A stretch of 43,976 nucleotides of DNA, from the IMG/VR virus record IMGVR_UViG_3300025943_000016, positions 1-43,976 of that record; one strand, 5' to 3'. Origin of the DNA: a virus (taxonomy: Duplodnaviria; Caudoviricetes). Positions 1 through 9,680 of the stretch are shown in pieces; within the stretch, counting starts at the first letter, position 1, and each line of letters starts with the position of its first letter. A program made the translations under genes and the position numbers. The notes under the pieces were generated by a model that did no database searches, had not been told where the DNA came from, and saw only the letters and a list, made by a program, of their open reading frames with translations.

Positions 1-127
1 ATGACTTTGTTTGATGGTAATAAAGATTTTTACGGGGAGTATATAGCAGGTGAAAAGAATACAGAAGGAAAAGAAAAGGGAGCTTGTTCTACTATAAAAC
101 AACCGGTGACCTTTGAACTATATAAAG
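1..127. repeat. Terminal overlap identical to 43850-43976 (circular assembly signature)
   Basis: Direct comparison: 1-127 equals 43850-43976. The repeat falls inside the primase ORF. Confidence 0.95.
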
Positions 128-1533
128 CGCACCTGTTAGGTGATAAAGGTCTCGGAATTTCACCTCTTGTAGTTGATAAGGTAAAATTTGCTGTGATAGA
201 TATTGATATATACACTAACACAATACCTATAAACGATTACCAAAAAACAATAAATGAGTATAATCTGCCCTTTGTAATGTTTAAATCAAAGAGCGGCGGA
301 ATACATATGTATGTATTCTTTAAGGAGTTTGTCGATAGTAAAAAGATAAATGAAGTACTTTCTTTATTTATAGCAATTTTTAATATTGATAGAACTACAG
401 AAATATTTCCCAAACAGTTTAGGATAAGTGAGAAAGGATTCTCAAACTGGATAAATCTTCCCTATTATGGGGATACCCGCAAAGCACTTGATACAAATTG
501 TAATGAAATGAGCGTTCAGGATATGATATGCAGTGCCCTTGACCGTCTAACTACAATACAGCAGCTATTATATTTAATAAACTCCCTTCCTTTGCATGAT
601 GCTCCACCTTGTTTACAATCTATGTTTTTAATGAACAATACCCCTATGAGAGAAATGTATTTATTTAATATGGCTGTGTATCTAAAATACCGCAGCCCAG
701 ATGATTGGAAAACGTATATTGAGAAGGCGAATAACAGATTGATAGAACCTATAGATGATAGCAGGCTTTATCAACAGGTTATAGCCTCTAATGAAAAACA
801 TACTTATAGCTATAGGTGCAAAGAGGAGCCATTATGTAGCCGTTGTTATAGGGAGCTCTGTTATGCGCGGAAGTATGGAAAAGATGGAGATGAAATAAGT
901 AACTTATCCTTTGAAGGTTTACAACAAGTTATGTGTGATCCGCCTAAATATATTTGGACGGTTAACGGCGTTAAAATGACCTTTTACACTGAAAGAGATT
1001 TAAAAGATCAAAATAAGTTCTCCGATTATTGCATGAGATATTTGCATTATGTTCCTAACACTGTAAAAAATTCAAAATGGAATGGAATATTAAATAAAGC
1101 ATTCAGTGAAATTGAAGTTGTTAATATGGATATAAAGGATAGAATCGATCCTACTTCAATACTTTCAGAATATATCGTTGAATTTTTAACAGAAACAGCA
1201 CGGGCACAAGCTAAAAAAGAGCTAATGAATCTTGGCCGTGTATACTTTAATATAGAGACCGGGGAATATTTCTTTAAAAAACAAAGCATAGTTAAATTTA
1301 TAACTATGACTAAAAACTTTAGATATTTTAGTCCTGTCAAATTGGATGATAAGATTAAGGAGTTAGGTGCTCAATCAACAAGATTATATATAGATGCTAA
1401 ACATACAATAAGAACCTGGAGTATATCGGAAGATACATTAAAAAATTTACATGAGGGTGACTTTAATAAACAGCTTGTTGACTTTAGCTTATATGATAAT
1501 ATAGATAATGAAAATGAGGAGCCTAAATTTTGA
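1..1533 (+). CDS. DNA primase / primase-polymerase (AEP-like N-terminus, PriCT/Zn-like region). True start is probably ATG 43817 across the circular junction.
   Basis: AEP-type motifs 'AVIDID' and 'KSKSGGIHMYVFF', plus 'WINLPY' and 'PPCL'. Lies in the replication module. An in-frame ATG at 43817 has AAGGG upstream. Confidence 0.75.
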   Translation: MTLFDGNKDFYGEYIAGEKNTEGKEKGACSTIKQPVTFELYKAHLLGDKGLGISPLVVDKVKFAVIDIDIYTNTIPINDYQKTINEYNLPFVMFKSKSGGIHMYVFFKEFVDSKKINEVLSLFIAIFNIDRTTEIFPKQFRISEKGFSNWINLPYYGDTRKALDTNCNEMSVQDMICSALDRLTTIQQLLYLINSLPLHDAPPCLQSMFLMNNTPMREMYLFNMAVYLKYRSPDDWKTYIEKANNRLIEPIDDSRLYQQVIASNEKHTYSYRCKEEPLCSRCYRELCYARKYGKDGDEISNLSFEGLQQVMCDPPKYIWTVNGVKMTFYTERDLKDQNKFSDYCMRYLHYVPNTVKNSKWNGILNKAFSEIEVVNMDIKDRIDPTSILSEYIVEFLTETARAQAKKELMNLGRVYFNIETGEYFFKKQSIVKFITMTKNFRYFSPVKLDDKIKELGAQSTRLYIDAKHTIRTWSISEDTLKNLHEGDFNKQLVDFSLYDNIDNENEEPKF

Positions 1534-2069
1534 TATGTAGTAAGTACAACATAATAGTTAAATGGGGTATTGTGTTCTACTTATATTATGACTGTAAGCA
1601 CATAACAATAAAAAGAAAAAATCAGAAAAAAGATATTGTGTTAAATAGAAATAATGATTGTTACGAATGCACAGACAGAAAAATAAATGAGTCAGGGTAT
1701 GCTGAAATAGTGTTTAAAGGTAAATGCTATAAGATGCATAGATTCATATATTGTCTGTTAAGCGGTAAAGATTTTAAAGACATTAAGCGTTATGTTTTAC
1801 AACATACTTGTGATAATCCTTTATGCTGTAATCCATTACACCTAATACCTGGCACGCAATCGGAAAACATGCGGGATATGCGGGAAAAATACAGGAGCCC
1901 ATATGGAGAGAAACACTGTAGAGCCGTCTTGACTAATGCGGATACGCTTTCTATTTATGAAAGTGAATCACCTATTGACTATTTGGCGCAAGTATACAGC
2001 GTAACAGAGCGAAAAATAAAGGAGATTAAAGCGGGAAAATTTAATCCTGCTATTTTAAATAAGGGGTAA
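1530..2069 (+). CDS. HNH homing endonuclease
   Basis: 'GYAEI...MHRFIY...VLQHTCDNPLCCNPLHLIPGTQSENMRD' is a typical phage HNH motif, followed by an HTH-like C-terminus. Confidence 0.85.
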   Translation: MICSKYNIIVKWGIVFYLYYDCKHITIKRKNQKKDIVLNRNNDCYECTDRKINESGYAEIVFKGKCYKMHRFIYCLLSGKDFKDIKRYVLQHTCDNPLCCNPLHLIPGTQSENMRDMREKYRSPYGEKHCRAVLTNADTLSIYESESPIDYLAQVYSVTERKIKEIKAGKFNPAILNKG

Positions 2070-2072
2070 AAT

Positions 2073-2504
2073 ATGGATAGGGAAGAGATAAAAATGGTTG
2101 TGAATGATTGTATAGAGAAGCTTAAAGGAGTGCTTGAAAATCTTAATAAGATAGAGGTGAGTAATCATACTGTAAAACAAGAAGCGCAGCTTATTCAATT
2201 TATTATAGAGTTTGTTAAAACTCAAAGCTCTATAGATAGAGGGGAGATTCTAAATGGAAAAATTTATTTTGATAATTCAAGAGATACTAAATACTTTATT
2301 AAATCAAGTCTAATCACATTTATAACTATTACTAAAGGACTTAAAACTTTTAATAGAACTGAAATAGACATAATCTTGAAGAAATTAAATTTTAGCATAG
2401 GAATTATTGCATTAGACCAGTGGCTATTACGTGTTTATAAAATAACGGAGGATGAAATAAAAAAAATAGAAGAAAGTTTTAGCCTAAATCAATTGCTTCT
2501 TTAA
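2073..2504 (+). CDS. Hypothetical protein paralogous to the primase C-terminal domain
   Basis: 'FIIEFVK..GKIYFD..YFIKSSLITFITITK' aligns by eye with primase 'YIVEFLT..GRVYFN..FFKKQSIVKFITMTK'. Confidence 0.65.
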   Translation: MDREEIKMVVNDCIEKLKGVLENLNKIEVSNHTVKQEAQLIQFIIEFVKTQSSIDRGEILNGKIYFDNSRDTKYFIKSSLITFITITKGLKTFNRTEIDIILKKLNFSIGIIALDQWLLRVYKITEDEIKKIEESFSLNQLLL

Positions 2505-2550
2505 TTATTATTGGATTAGTATTAAATATATTTATAGTAAAGGATAGAAT

Positions 2551-3120
2551 ATGGATAATGCAAGAATAGAATTAATTTTTGATTATGACAGAGCTATGAG
2601 AAATGTGTACCGTTATCAAACGATTCACACTGTAAGAAAACAAAACGTAGCAGAGCACTCAAACTTTGTAGGAATTTTGTTTATTGAAATATGCAGGGAT
2701 GAAGGGTGTGGGATTGACACTTGTGATATATTATATGTTATGCGCCATGATCTTATGGAGACTATAACCGGGGATTTACCTTATCCTGTTAAAGAATCAA
2801 TAAAAGAAGAGTGGGAAACAGCGGAAAGAAGACTTTCGCTTAAAAATAGATATTTACCGTATTACACGGATAAATCTTGTCCATTTAAAGATGATAAGAC
2901 TAAATATACTATATTTAACGCAGCGGAGGCTATTGAAGTTTTAATGTTTTGCCTGGAAGAGTTAGAGGCAGGGAATAGACATGAGGATATAATAAAAATA
3001 GTAGAACAATATACTAATAGTCTTACCACATTCTGTGTGGGTATAGACTCCATATCAAGAATATGCTCGGTGTTATTTGATCAAATAAGTAAACAACTTA
3101 ATTGTGTAGTGGGTAAATAA
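2551..3120 (+). CDS. HD-domain (deoxy)nucleotide phosphohydrolase, YfbR/DatZ-like
   Basis: 'RY...QNVAEHS...RHDLMETITGDLPYPVK' signature. Confidence 0.85.
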   Translation: MDNARIELIFDYDRAMRNVYRYQTIHTVRKQNVAEHSNFVGILFIEICRDEGCGIDTCDILYVMRHDLMETITGDLPYPVKESIKEEWETAERRLSLKNRYLPYYTDKSCPFKDDKTKYTIFNAAEAIEVLMFCLEELEAGNRHEDIIKIVEQYTNSLTTFCVGIDSISRICSVLFDQISKQLNCVVGK

Positions 3121-4505
3121 TGGAATTCACTTTAATATATGGATCACCTGGAACAGGTAAAACAACAAAGCTATTAAGTATATTAGATGATTGCTTTAAG
3201 CAGAATATTCCACCGGAAAAAATAGCCTTTGTTTCATTCACACGTAAGGGCACCTATGAGGGTAGAGATAGAGCGGTTGACAGATTCGGGTATAATGAGG
3301 AAAGATTCCCTTATTTTAGAACAATACACAGCTTGGCTTTTCGCTTTTTAGACTTACGGCCTAATCAAATGGTAACAAAAACACATTATAAGGATTTATC
3401 AAAGTTACTGAATATGAATTTCTCTGGTTACTATACAGAGGATTTAAAGAATGATGACGATAAGTATATATTTTGTGAATCATTACAGCGTAATAACAAG
3501 CAAGCAGCTACTATAATGTTAGACGGTATTAACAATAAATTATTTGAATGGGTAAAGGAAAATTATATTGAGTATAAGAAACGTAAAAAGGTTTATGATT
3601 ATACGGATATAGTAGAGTTATCAATAAAAAATAAAATAAATATACCCGTTGACATTGCTATAATTGATGAAGGGCAGGATTTAACGTCATTACAGTGGGA
3701 ATTCGTTTGGTTAGCATTTAATAAATGCAAAAAGATATTTGTTGCCGGTGATGATGATCAGGCAATTTATGAATGGTCTGGTGCAGACGTTAAACAGTTT
3801 TTAGCATTAAATAAAAAGGCAAACAACATAATAACACTGGATAAAAGTTGGAGATTACCCTATGAAATACACAGTTACGCCTCTTTAATAACCGGTAGCA
3901 TGATTAACAGAATACAAAAAAAGTTTTCGCATAACGGATCAAAAGGCGTAATAAAATTTGTTAATGATATAAAAACAATACCAATAGATAATGAATCTTC
4001 CTGGGCTATTTTATGCCGTAATAACTATTATCTTGATAGCGTATGCGATTATCTATATAATAAAGGTATATGCTTTGAACGTAACAACAAATTATCCTAT
4101 AGTCAAGGCGTAATAAAAGCTATACAGTCATATAATCTTATAAAAAAAGGTTTATATGATAATAATAAATACTTAATAAAGAAATTTATGCCAGGTGATA
4201 GTTATGACGGTGACTGGTTTGATGCATTTACTAAATTATCTTATGAAACAAGGGTTTATTATAAAAAAATATTAGAAAATAAAAGTTACATAAGCCCTGT
4301 GTTTATTGGAACGATACACAGTATTAAAGGCGGTGAGGCGGATAATGTTGTCTTGTTAATGCAGTACACAAAGACAATTGAAGAGAATTATTTAAAAAAT
4401 GCTGATGCGGAATTGCGCTGTTACTATGTAGCTGTTACAAGAGCAAGAAAAAACCTGTATCTTGTTCAATCGGAAACAAGGAACGGGTATAAACTATTAC
4501 AATAG
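3120..4505 (+). CDS. UvrD/Rep-like superfamily 1 DNA helicase
   Basis: Walker A 'GSPGTGKT', 'TIHSLAF', 'IIDEGQD', 'GDDDQAIY', 'TIHSIKGGE', 'YVAVTRAR'. Confidence 0.93.
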   Translation: MEFTLIYGSPGTGKTTKLLSILDDCFKQNIPPEKIAFVSFTRKGTYEGRDRAVDRFGYNEERFPYFRTIHSLAFRFLDLRPNQMVTKTHYKDLSKLLNMNFSGYYTEDLKNDDDKYIFCESLQRNNKQAATIMLDGINNKLFEWVKENYIEYKKRKKVYDYTDIVELSIKNKINIPVDIAIIDEGQDLTSLQWEFVWLAFNKCKKIFVAGDDDQAIYEWSGADVKQFLALNKKANNIITLDKSWRLPYEIHSYASLITGSMINRIQKKFSHNGSKGVIKFVNDIKTIPIDNESSWAILCRNNYYLDSVCDYLYNKGICFERNNKLSYSQGVIKAIQSYNLIKKGLYDNNKYLIKKFMPGDSYDGDWFDAFTKLSYETRVYYKKILENKSYISPVFIGTIHSIKGGEADNVVLLMQYTKTIEENYLKNADAELRCYYVAVTRARKNLYLVQSETRNGYKLLQ

Positions 4506-4515
4506 GAGTTAACTT

Positions 4516-4989
4516 ATGTTAAGACTAAAAGAATGTAATGATTTTATGCGTATGGCCGGGCTTGCTGCGGAAAAAAGCACATGCCATAAAATAAAAATAG
4601 GAGCTGTGTTAGGTGTTTATACAAATAAGCTTGATTGTTATTATAAAGCTTCATCCGGCTATCACGGTTTTATAGAATCATGTAAAATCGATAAACAAGG
4701 GCTTTGTCCTGATAAGATTAAATGTTTAGCTATTCGCTCTGAGCAAAGGGCTTTAATTGAGGCGCTGTCTTTTTTCGGTAGAACCTTATTTGATACAAAT
4801 AATAAAATAAGGTTTGAAAGTGCTTTATTTCTGACGCATAATCCTTGTGATGATAGCGTTAAGTTATGTGTATACACAGGGATAAAAAGAATCATATATA
4901 AGGAAATGTATACAGGAATTTGCTATGATAAATGGGAACCTTACATAGAAATAATTTGGTTTGAGGATATTAAGAATGATTTACCCTGA
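4516..4989 (+). CDS. dCMP deaminase-like protein with degenerate zinc site
   Basis: Fold motifs 'KSTC..KIGAV', 'SGY.G', 'TH.PC', 'GIKRIIY'. HAE is replaced by RSE and PCxxC by PCDDS. Confidence 0.75.
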   Translation: MLRLKECNDFMRMAGLAAEKSTCHKIKIGAVLGVYTNKLDCYYKASSGYHGFIESCKIDKQGLCPDKIKCLAIRSEQRALIEALSFFGRTLFDTNNKIRFESALFLTHNPCDDSVKLCVYTGIKRIIYKEMYTGICYDKWEPYIEIIWFEDIKNDLP

Positions 4990-6805
4990 CCTTTCTAATT
5001 CTGATATATTAGCTCTTGACCTGGAAACCTACGATCCTAATCTAAAGACAAAAGGAAATGGGGTATATCGTAAAGAGGGATTTATTTTAGGAGTAGCTTT
5101 ATCAAATGGTAAAGGCTTTAATGCGTTCTACGGTTTTGATCACAAGGATATTCCTTTTGAAGAGCGCAATAAAAATAAAGCGTATATAAAGGATCAATTA
5201 TCTAAATGCAAACAGGTAGTAGGGGCGCATATACTATATGATATTGATTGGCTGGAAAACTTTGAAGGTATGAAAGTAAATGGGTTTTTACGTGATGTCT
5301 TAATCGCAGAACCTTTAATAAATGAATTACAATATAAGTTTAGTTTGGAAAACGTGCTTAAAAAGTATTTGAATAAAAGTAAGAATACTTCAAAGCCTGA
5401 AAAGTTTTGTACTGATAATAAACTAATAGGAGATTTCAGGCAACACTTACATAAGATGTCTTTTGAAGCAGTAAGTGATTATGCTTTAGGGGATACTGCT
5501 GATTTAATAGAAGCGCATAACAAGCAGCTTGACATCATTAACTATGAAGGTACTAAAGATATTTATGATCTTGAATGTGAACTATTAAGGGTTTTGCTTA
5601 TGATGCGTAAGAATGGCGTAAGAATTGATCTTAATAGGCTGTATAAAACAGGTATGCAGTTACAAGATAAACTATTATGGTATGACAATTATTTTAAAAA
5701 GGAAGTAGGTAAATATATAAATGTTAATGCTGCAGCAGATATGTTGTATGTATTCAGGAAGTTTAATTTTCCTATAACATACAACACACCAACGGAGTTA
5801 ATGCTGAGTAAGGGAAAGATCAAAGGAAATCCAAGTTTTGATAAGCTGGCTTTAATGCGTGTTGATCATCCTATAGTAAAAGCTATATTAAACGCACGAC
5901 ATATTAAGACATTATTAAGTTTTTATATTGAGCCATATCCTGATTTAATTTGTCCAGACGGCAGAATACACTGCAACTTTCATCCTTTAAAGTGTGATGC
6001 GGGCGGCACTATAACAGGCAGACTATCCGCATCACAACCTAACTTACAGCAGGTATCTGGTAAAGATGAAGAGGATCAAAACGATATTGATAATGATTTA
6101 AAAGGTCAAATAATAAGAAAACTTTTTTTACCGAATGAGGGATGCTTATGGGGTAAAAAAGATTTAAGTCAAATAGAATATCGTATGATAAGCCATTATG
6201 GTAGGGGTGTAAGTGCTGAGCACATAAGAGAAAGATACAGAAAAGAACCTAAAACAGATTACCATAAAGAAATGATGGAAATGGCAAATTTGCCAGACCG
6301 CAAAACAACAAAGGCGCTAAATTTTGGAGCTGCTTATAATATGGGCTGGCGTAAAATGGCTATTGCTTTTATGTGGGAGCAGGAATTCGCTAAAGAAGTT
6401 TATAGCAGGTATCATGCAAAAGTACCTTTTATTAAGTACACTTCTCAACTTGTAGCTGATAGTGCTATTGCTAAACGTTATATAGTCACTATATTAGGTA
6501 GAAGGTCAAGGCTTAAAAATGATAAGTTAGCTTATCAAATGTTTAACCACCTAATACAGGGTAGCTGTGCGGACTATATGAAAAAAGCTATGGTCGATGG
6601 TTATAAAGCGGGTATCTTTGATATAATACCGCTTCATCTAACAGTACATGATGAACTTGACAATAGTCTACCCCATACAAAAGAAGCTTATCAAGCTTGG
6701 AAAGAATTAGATTTTATCATGAATCATACAATACCTACAATGCGCGTGCCTGTTAAATCATCAAGTGAGATTGGTTTTAATTGGGGCGAGTTAGTAGAGA
6801 TATAA
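4976..6805 (+). CDS. polA: Family A DNA polymerase with 3'-5' exonuclease domain
   Basis: Exo I 'DLETYD', 'TGRLSASQPNLQQ', motif A 'DLSQIEYR', motif B 'RKTTKALNFG..Y', 'IQGS.AD', motif C 'VHDEL'. ATG 4976 follows a GAGG SD. Confidence 0.95.
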   Translation: MIYPDLSNSDILALDLETYDPNLKTKGNGVYRKEGFILGVALSNGKGFNAFYGFDHKDIPFEERNKNKAYIKDQLSKCKQVVGAHILYDIDWLENFEGMKVNGFLRDVLIAEPLINELQYKFSLENVLKKYLNKSKNTSKPEKFCTDNKLIGDFRQHLHKMSFEAVSDYALGDTADLIEAHNKQLDIINYEGTKDIYDLECELLRVLLMMRKNGVRIDLNRLYKTGMQLQDKLLWYDNYFKKEVGKYINVNAAADMLYVFRKFNFPITYNTPTELMLSKGKIKGNPSFDKLALMRVDHPIVKAILNARHIKTLLSFYIEPYPDLICPDGRIHCNFHPLKCDAGGTITGRLSASQPNLQQVSGKDEEDQNDIDNDLKGQIIRKLFLPNEGCLWGKKDLSQIEYRMISHYGRGVSAEHIRERYRKEPKTDYHKEMMEMANLPDRKTTKALNFGAAYNMGWRKMAIAFMWEQEFAKEVYSRYHAKVPFIKYTSQLVADSAIAKRYIVTILGRRSRLKNDKLAYQMFNHLIQGSCADYMKKAMVDGYKAGIFDIIPLHLTVHDELDNSLPHTKEAYQAWKELDFIMNHTIPTMRVPVKSSSEIGFNWGELVEI

Positions 6806-6816
6806 AAGGAGTTATT

Positions 6817-7143
6817 ATGTCTTTAGTTATATGGAAATTATTTTTTAATTGGTTAAAATCTTTATGGTTACCTTTGTTAGTTTGTTTAAGTATATTTGCA
6901 ATTGTTAAATGCTTTCGCATTCATTCCGATAACAAGCTTGCAGGTGGTGGATATATTGCAGAGCACTTTAAGCATATAGGAGAAGACAAAGAGCTACGGG
7001 AAGAGGTGCTTAAAGCCATTCGCAAAACATCGGACTACTACGAAACAAAGGAAAAAGAAATCTCCGGAGAAAAATATGATTTATCCGAAAAAAGTCTTCC
7101 AGGTACCTTACCTGGAGATTTGAAGCAAAAAATAAATGACTGA
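6817..7143 (+). CDS. Hypothetical membrane-anchored protein
   Basis: N-terminal hydrophobic stretch. AGGAG SD precedes ATG 6817. Confidence 0.55.
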   Translation: MSLVIWKLFFNWLKSLWLPLLVCLSIFAIVKCFRIHSDNKLAGGGYIAEHFKHIGEDKELREEVLKAIRKTSDYYETKEKEISGEKYDLSEKSLPGTLPGDLKQKIND

Positions 7144-7196
7144 AAACCGGTACGAAGTATAAGGAAGCAAATTTAAATTGCTTTAGTCAATTATAT

Positions 7197-7430
7197 ATGC
7201 AAGGGAAAAGGTGTGAAATGCCGTGTGATTATGGAGTATTCCCCATTCATAAACTAAATAGCGATGATTGTTTTGACTGTGAATTAGACTGTGAACAAAC
7301 ACATCTAATGGAGCAGGAAATTTATAATGATACGGACTATATATGTAAAAAGTGTAAGCTTTATAGAAAGTTATGCGATAGATGCACCGGGTTCATATTT
7401 AATACAGGAGGGAATAATGAGTGTTTATAG
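7197..7430 (+). CDS. Small Cys-rich hypothetical protein
   Basis: Several CxxC motifs; same orientation as the operon. Confidence 0.45.
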   Translation: MQGKRCEMPCDYGVFPIHKLNSDDCFDCELDCEQTHLMEQEIYNDTDYICKKCKLYRKLCDRCTGFIFNTGGNNECL

Positions 7431-7821
7431 TAAATGTAGCGTATGCGGTAGGGTAAAAGTTAATTGTAATAATGATAGAGGTTACATATGCTCTGAGTGT
7501 AAAGCATTAAATAAAAAGTTTAAAGAAACAAAGGAATGTTTATATTGTAAGAGAGATTTTATAGTAAAACGTATTACGCAAAAGTTTTGTAGTAATGAGT
7601 GCAGAGATAGAGCGCATAAGGCTATTTACAATAATAAAAGTGCTCATTATGATAAAGTATGTAAGAGCTGTAATAAAAAATTTCATACTGTTAAACAAAA
7701 TAAGCTTTATTGCTGTAAGCTTTGTTATAATGAGGCAAAGGTAAAAAGAGGGAAGAGCAACTATATATTAAAAAAAGAGTATAACACTCAACAAAGGACA
7801 GATAGCTTTGAAATTAAATAA
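7417..7821 (+). CDS. Zinc-ribbon repeat protein
   Basis: Repeated 'CxxC...F....QKFCS.EC'-type units. AGGAGG SD precedes ATG 7417. Confidence 0.6.
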   Translation: MSVYSKCSVCGRVKVNCNNDRGYICSECKALNKKFKETKECLYCKRDFIVKRITQKFCSNECRDRAHKAIYNNKSAHYDKVCKSCNKKFHTVKQNKLYCCKLCYNEAKVKRGKSNYILKKEYNTQQRTDSFEIK

Positions 7822-8125
7822 TGAATATGACTGTTATGACCTTTTAAAAAAAGAGTACACAGAAAAAGGCTGGGGATTCTTACGCATTGAATCAATAGGT
7901 ATACCGGACATAATAATATTTAAAGGGAATGATTATATATTTATAGAGGTCAAGTTTTATAAGGGTAAAGCACTATTGAATAATCTGTCTATAGAACATT
8001 TAAATGAAAAAGGTTATTTCAGGCCAGGACAATTATTATTTAGGGAATCCATGCGTATACGTAAAGTATTAAATCATTACAAATTGATTGTATTTAACAA
8101 CAGAGGGGAAAGGATAGAATTATAA
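7808..8125 (+). CDS. VRR-NUC / Holliday junction resolvase-like PD-(D/E)XK nuclease
   Basis: 'RIESIGIPDI...FIEVK...RPGQ' motif. Confidence 0.75.
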   Translation: MKLNNEYDCYDLLKKEYTEKGWGFLRIESIGIPDIIIFKGNDYIFIEVKFYKGKALLNNLSIEHLNEKGYFRPGQLLFRESMRIRKVLNHYKLIVFNNRGERIEL

Positions 8126-8799
8126 TGACACTTGATAATATAACACTATACAAGGGGGATTGCAGAGATACATTAAGAAATATCATACAAGAAGGAATAC
8201 GCGTTGATCTAATTATAGCGGATTTACCGTATGGGATAAATTATGAAAGTGATATATCACGAGATAATAAAAGATTTGGGCTTATTCTTAATGATAATAT
8301 TTTTATGCTTGAAATAATACCCATACTTTATGCTATACTAAAATTTACTGGTGCTATGTATTTCTTTACAAGATGGGATGTCTATCATGTATGGTTTAAA
8401 TGTATTAAAGACAATAAATTTACAGTTAAAAATTGTTTGATATGGGATAAATGTAACTGGACAGCCGGGGATTTACCCGGCAATTATAGCTATCAATACG
8501 AGCAAATTTTATTTTTAACAAAAGGTAATCATGGGCTTAATGGTACAAGAAAAAGTAATTTACTTAAATATAGCAGAGGATATAACGGATATTATACACA
8601 TCCAACAGAAAAACCATTAGAGTTAATGCGTTTCTTAATAAATAAATCAACTAACAAAGGTGATCTGGTGCTTGATCCTACTATGGGGAGTGGAGTGGTG
8701 GGTGAAGCTTGCAAGCTAATGCAAAGAAAATTTATAGGTATAGAATTAGAGGATAACTATTTTAACATAGCAGAAAAAAGGATAAACGGAATTAAATAA
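8125..8799 (+). CDS. Orphan DNA methyltransferase (N6-adenine/N4-cytosine, beta class)
   Basis: 'ADLPYG' (DPPY-like motif IV), 'HPTEKP', 'VLDPTMGSG', 'FIGIE'. Confidence 0.9.
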   Translation: MTLDNITLYKGDCRDTLRNIIQEGIRVDLIIADLPYGINYESDISRDNKRFGLILNDNIFMLEIIPILYAILKFTGAMYFFTRWDVYHVWFKCIKDNKFTVKNCLIWDKCNWTAGDLPGNYSYQYEQILFLTKGNHGLNGTRKSNLLKYSRGYNGYYTHPTEKPLELMRFLINKSTNKGDLVLDPTMGSGVVGEACKLMQRKFIGIELEDNYFNIAEKRINGIK

Positions 8800-9680
8800 T
8801 GACAATACAGGACATAATGAAGAGAACAGGAAAAACAAGAGAAGAAATTTTAGAAAAGTTAATAGATAAACAAAAGATAAATAAGCCAGTAATATCAAGT
8901 AAAGTAATACTATCTATAAAAATAATCTGCTTAATAATAAGCGCTGCATCAATACTACTATCTATATACTTTTCTCAAAAGTGGATTGTTCAACGTTTGC
9001 CGAATCTCTTTTTGTCATGGACATTATCAAGCGTAATAGTCTTATTCCTAAGTTTATCCTGGCCTGCAAGAGAGCTGCTATTGCTGTTAGGTTTTAAAAA
9101 AGAAGCAAGCGCCATATTGTGGCTTTCAATAATTATTATGGCCTATTCTATGATAAGCTCAGTTATAGGTCAATTTGATCAAATACCGAATAACATAGAG
9201 CAGGTGGCAAATAAAAAGCTTAACGTTATGCGGTTGCAAAACATAGATGATCAAATAACAGCAAATAATAAAAAATATGAAGAAACTTATAAAGAAAAAG
9301 ATTTACTGCTTAAAACAATAAGTGAATTAAGGAGTAACATGATTAAGTATAAAGAAGGAGATAAGGAATATAGTATATTATTGTATCAAGTAAATAAAGA
9401 AAGTGAGAAATTAAAAACGTTAAATAGTCTATTAAGTAGTTATGATAGTACTATAAATAAACTTAATGAAGATAAAACAACTTTTTTAAATTCAGACAGA
9501 AATATAAATGTTGTTGAAGAACAGCACTTAACCTTTTTCGCATGGGTGCAGAGCATCTTTTCCTTTATAGATAAGGATGCCCTGCAGCTGATCATTTTTC
9601 TTTTCCCCGCGATATTTATTGATATTGCCGCGCCATTTTGTTTAAAGTTATTTGTTATACTCTCAATCAAAAAGCATTAG
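8799..9680 (+). CDS. Membrane protein: three N-terminal TM segments, a coiled coil and a C-terminal TM segment
   Basis: Hydrophobicity pattern and a heptad-rich middle region. Confidence 0.6.
   Translation: MTIQDIMKRTGKTREEILEKLIDKQKINKPVISSKVILSIKIICLIISAASILLSIYFSQKWIVQRLPNLFLSWTLSSVIVLFLSLSWPARELLLLLGFKKEASAILWLSIIIMAYSMISSVIGQFDQIPNNIEQVANKKLNVMRLQNIDDQITANNKKYEETYKEKDLLLKTISELRSNMIKYKEGDKEYSILLYQVNKESEKLKTLNSLLSSYDSTINKLNEDKTTFLNSDRNINVVEEQHLTFFAWVQSIFSFIDKDALQLIIFLFPAIFIDIAAPFCLKLFVILSIKKH

Noticed and set aside
2551-6805. Complete 2-aminoadenine (Z) genome system
   Set aside because: A DatZ-like HD gene and PolA are present, but no PurZ (adenylosuccinate synthetase-like) or MazZ gene is visible.
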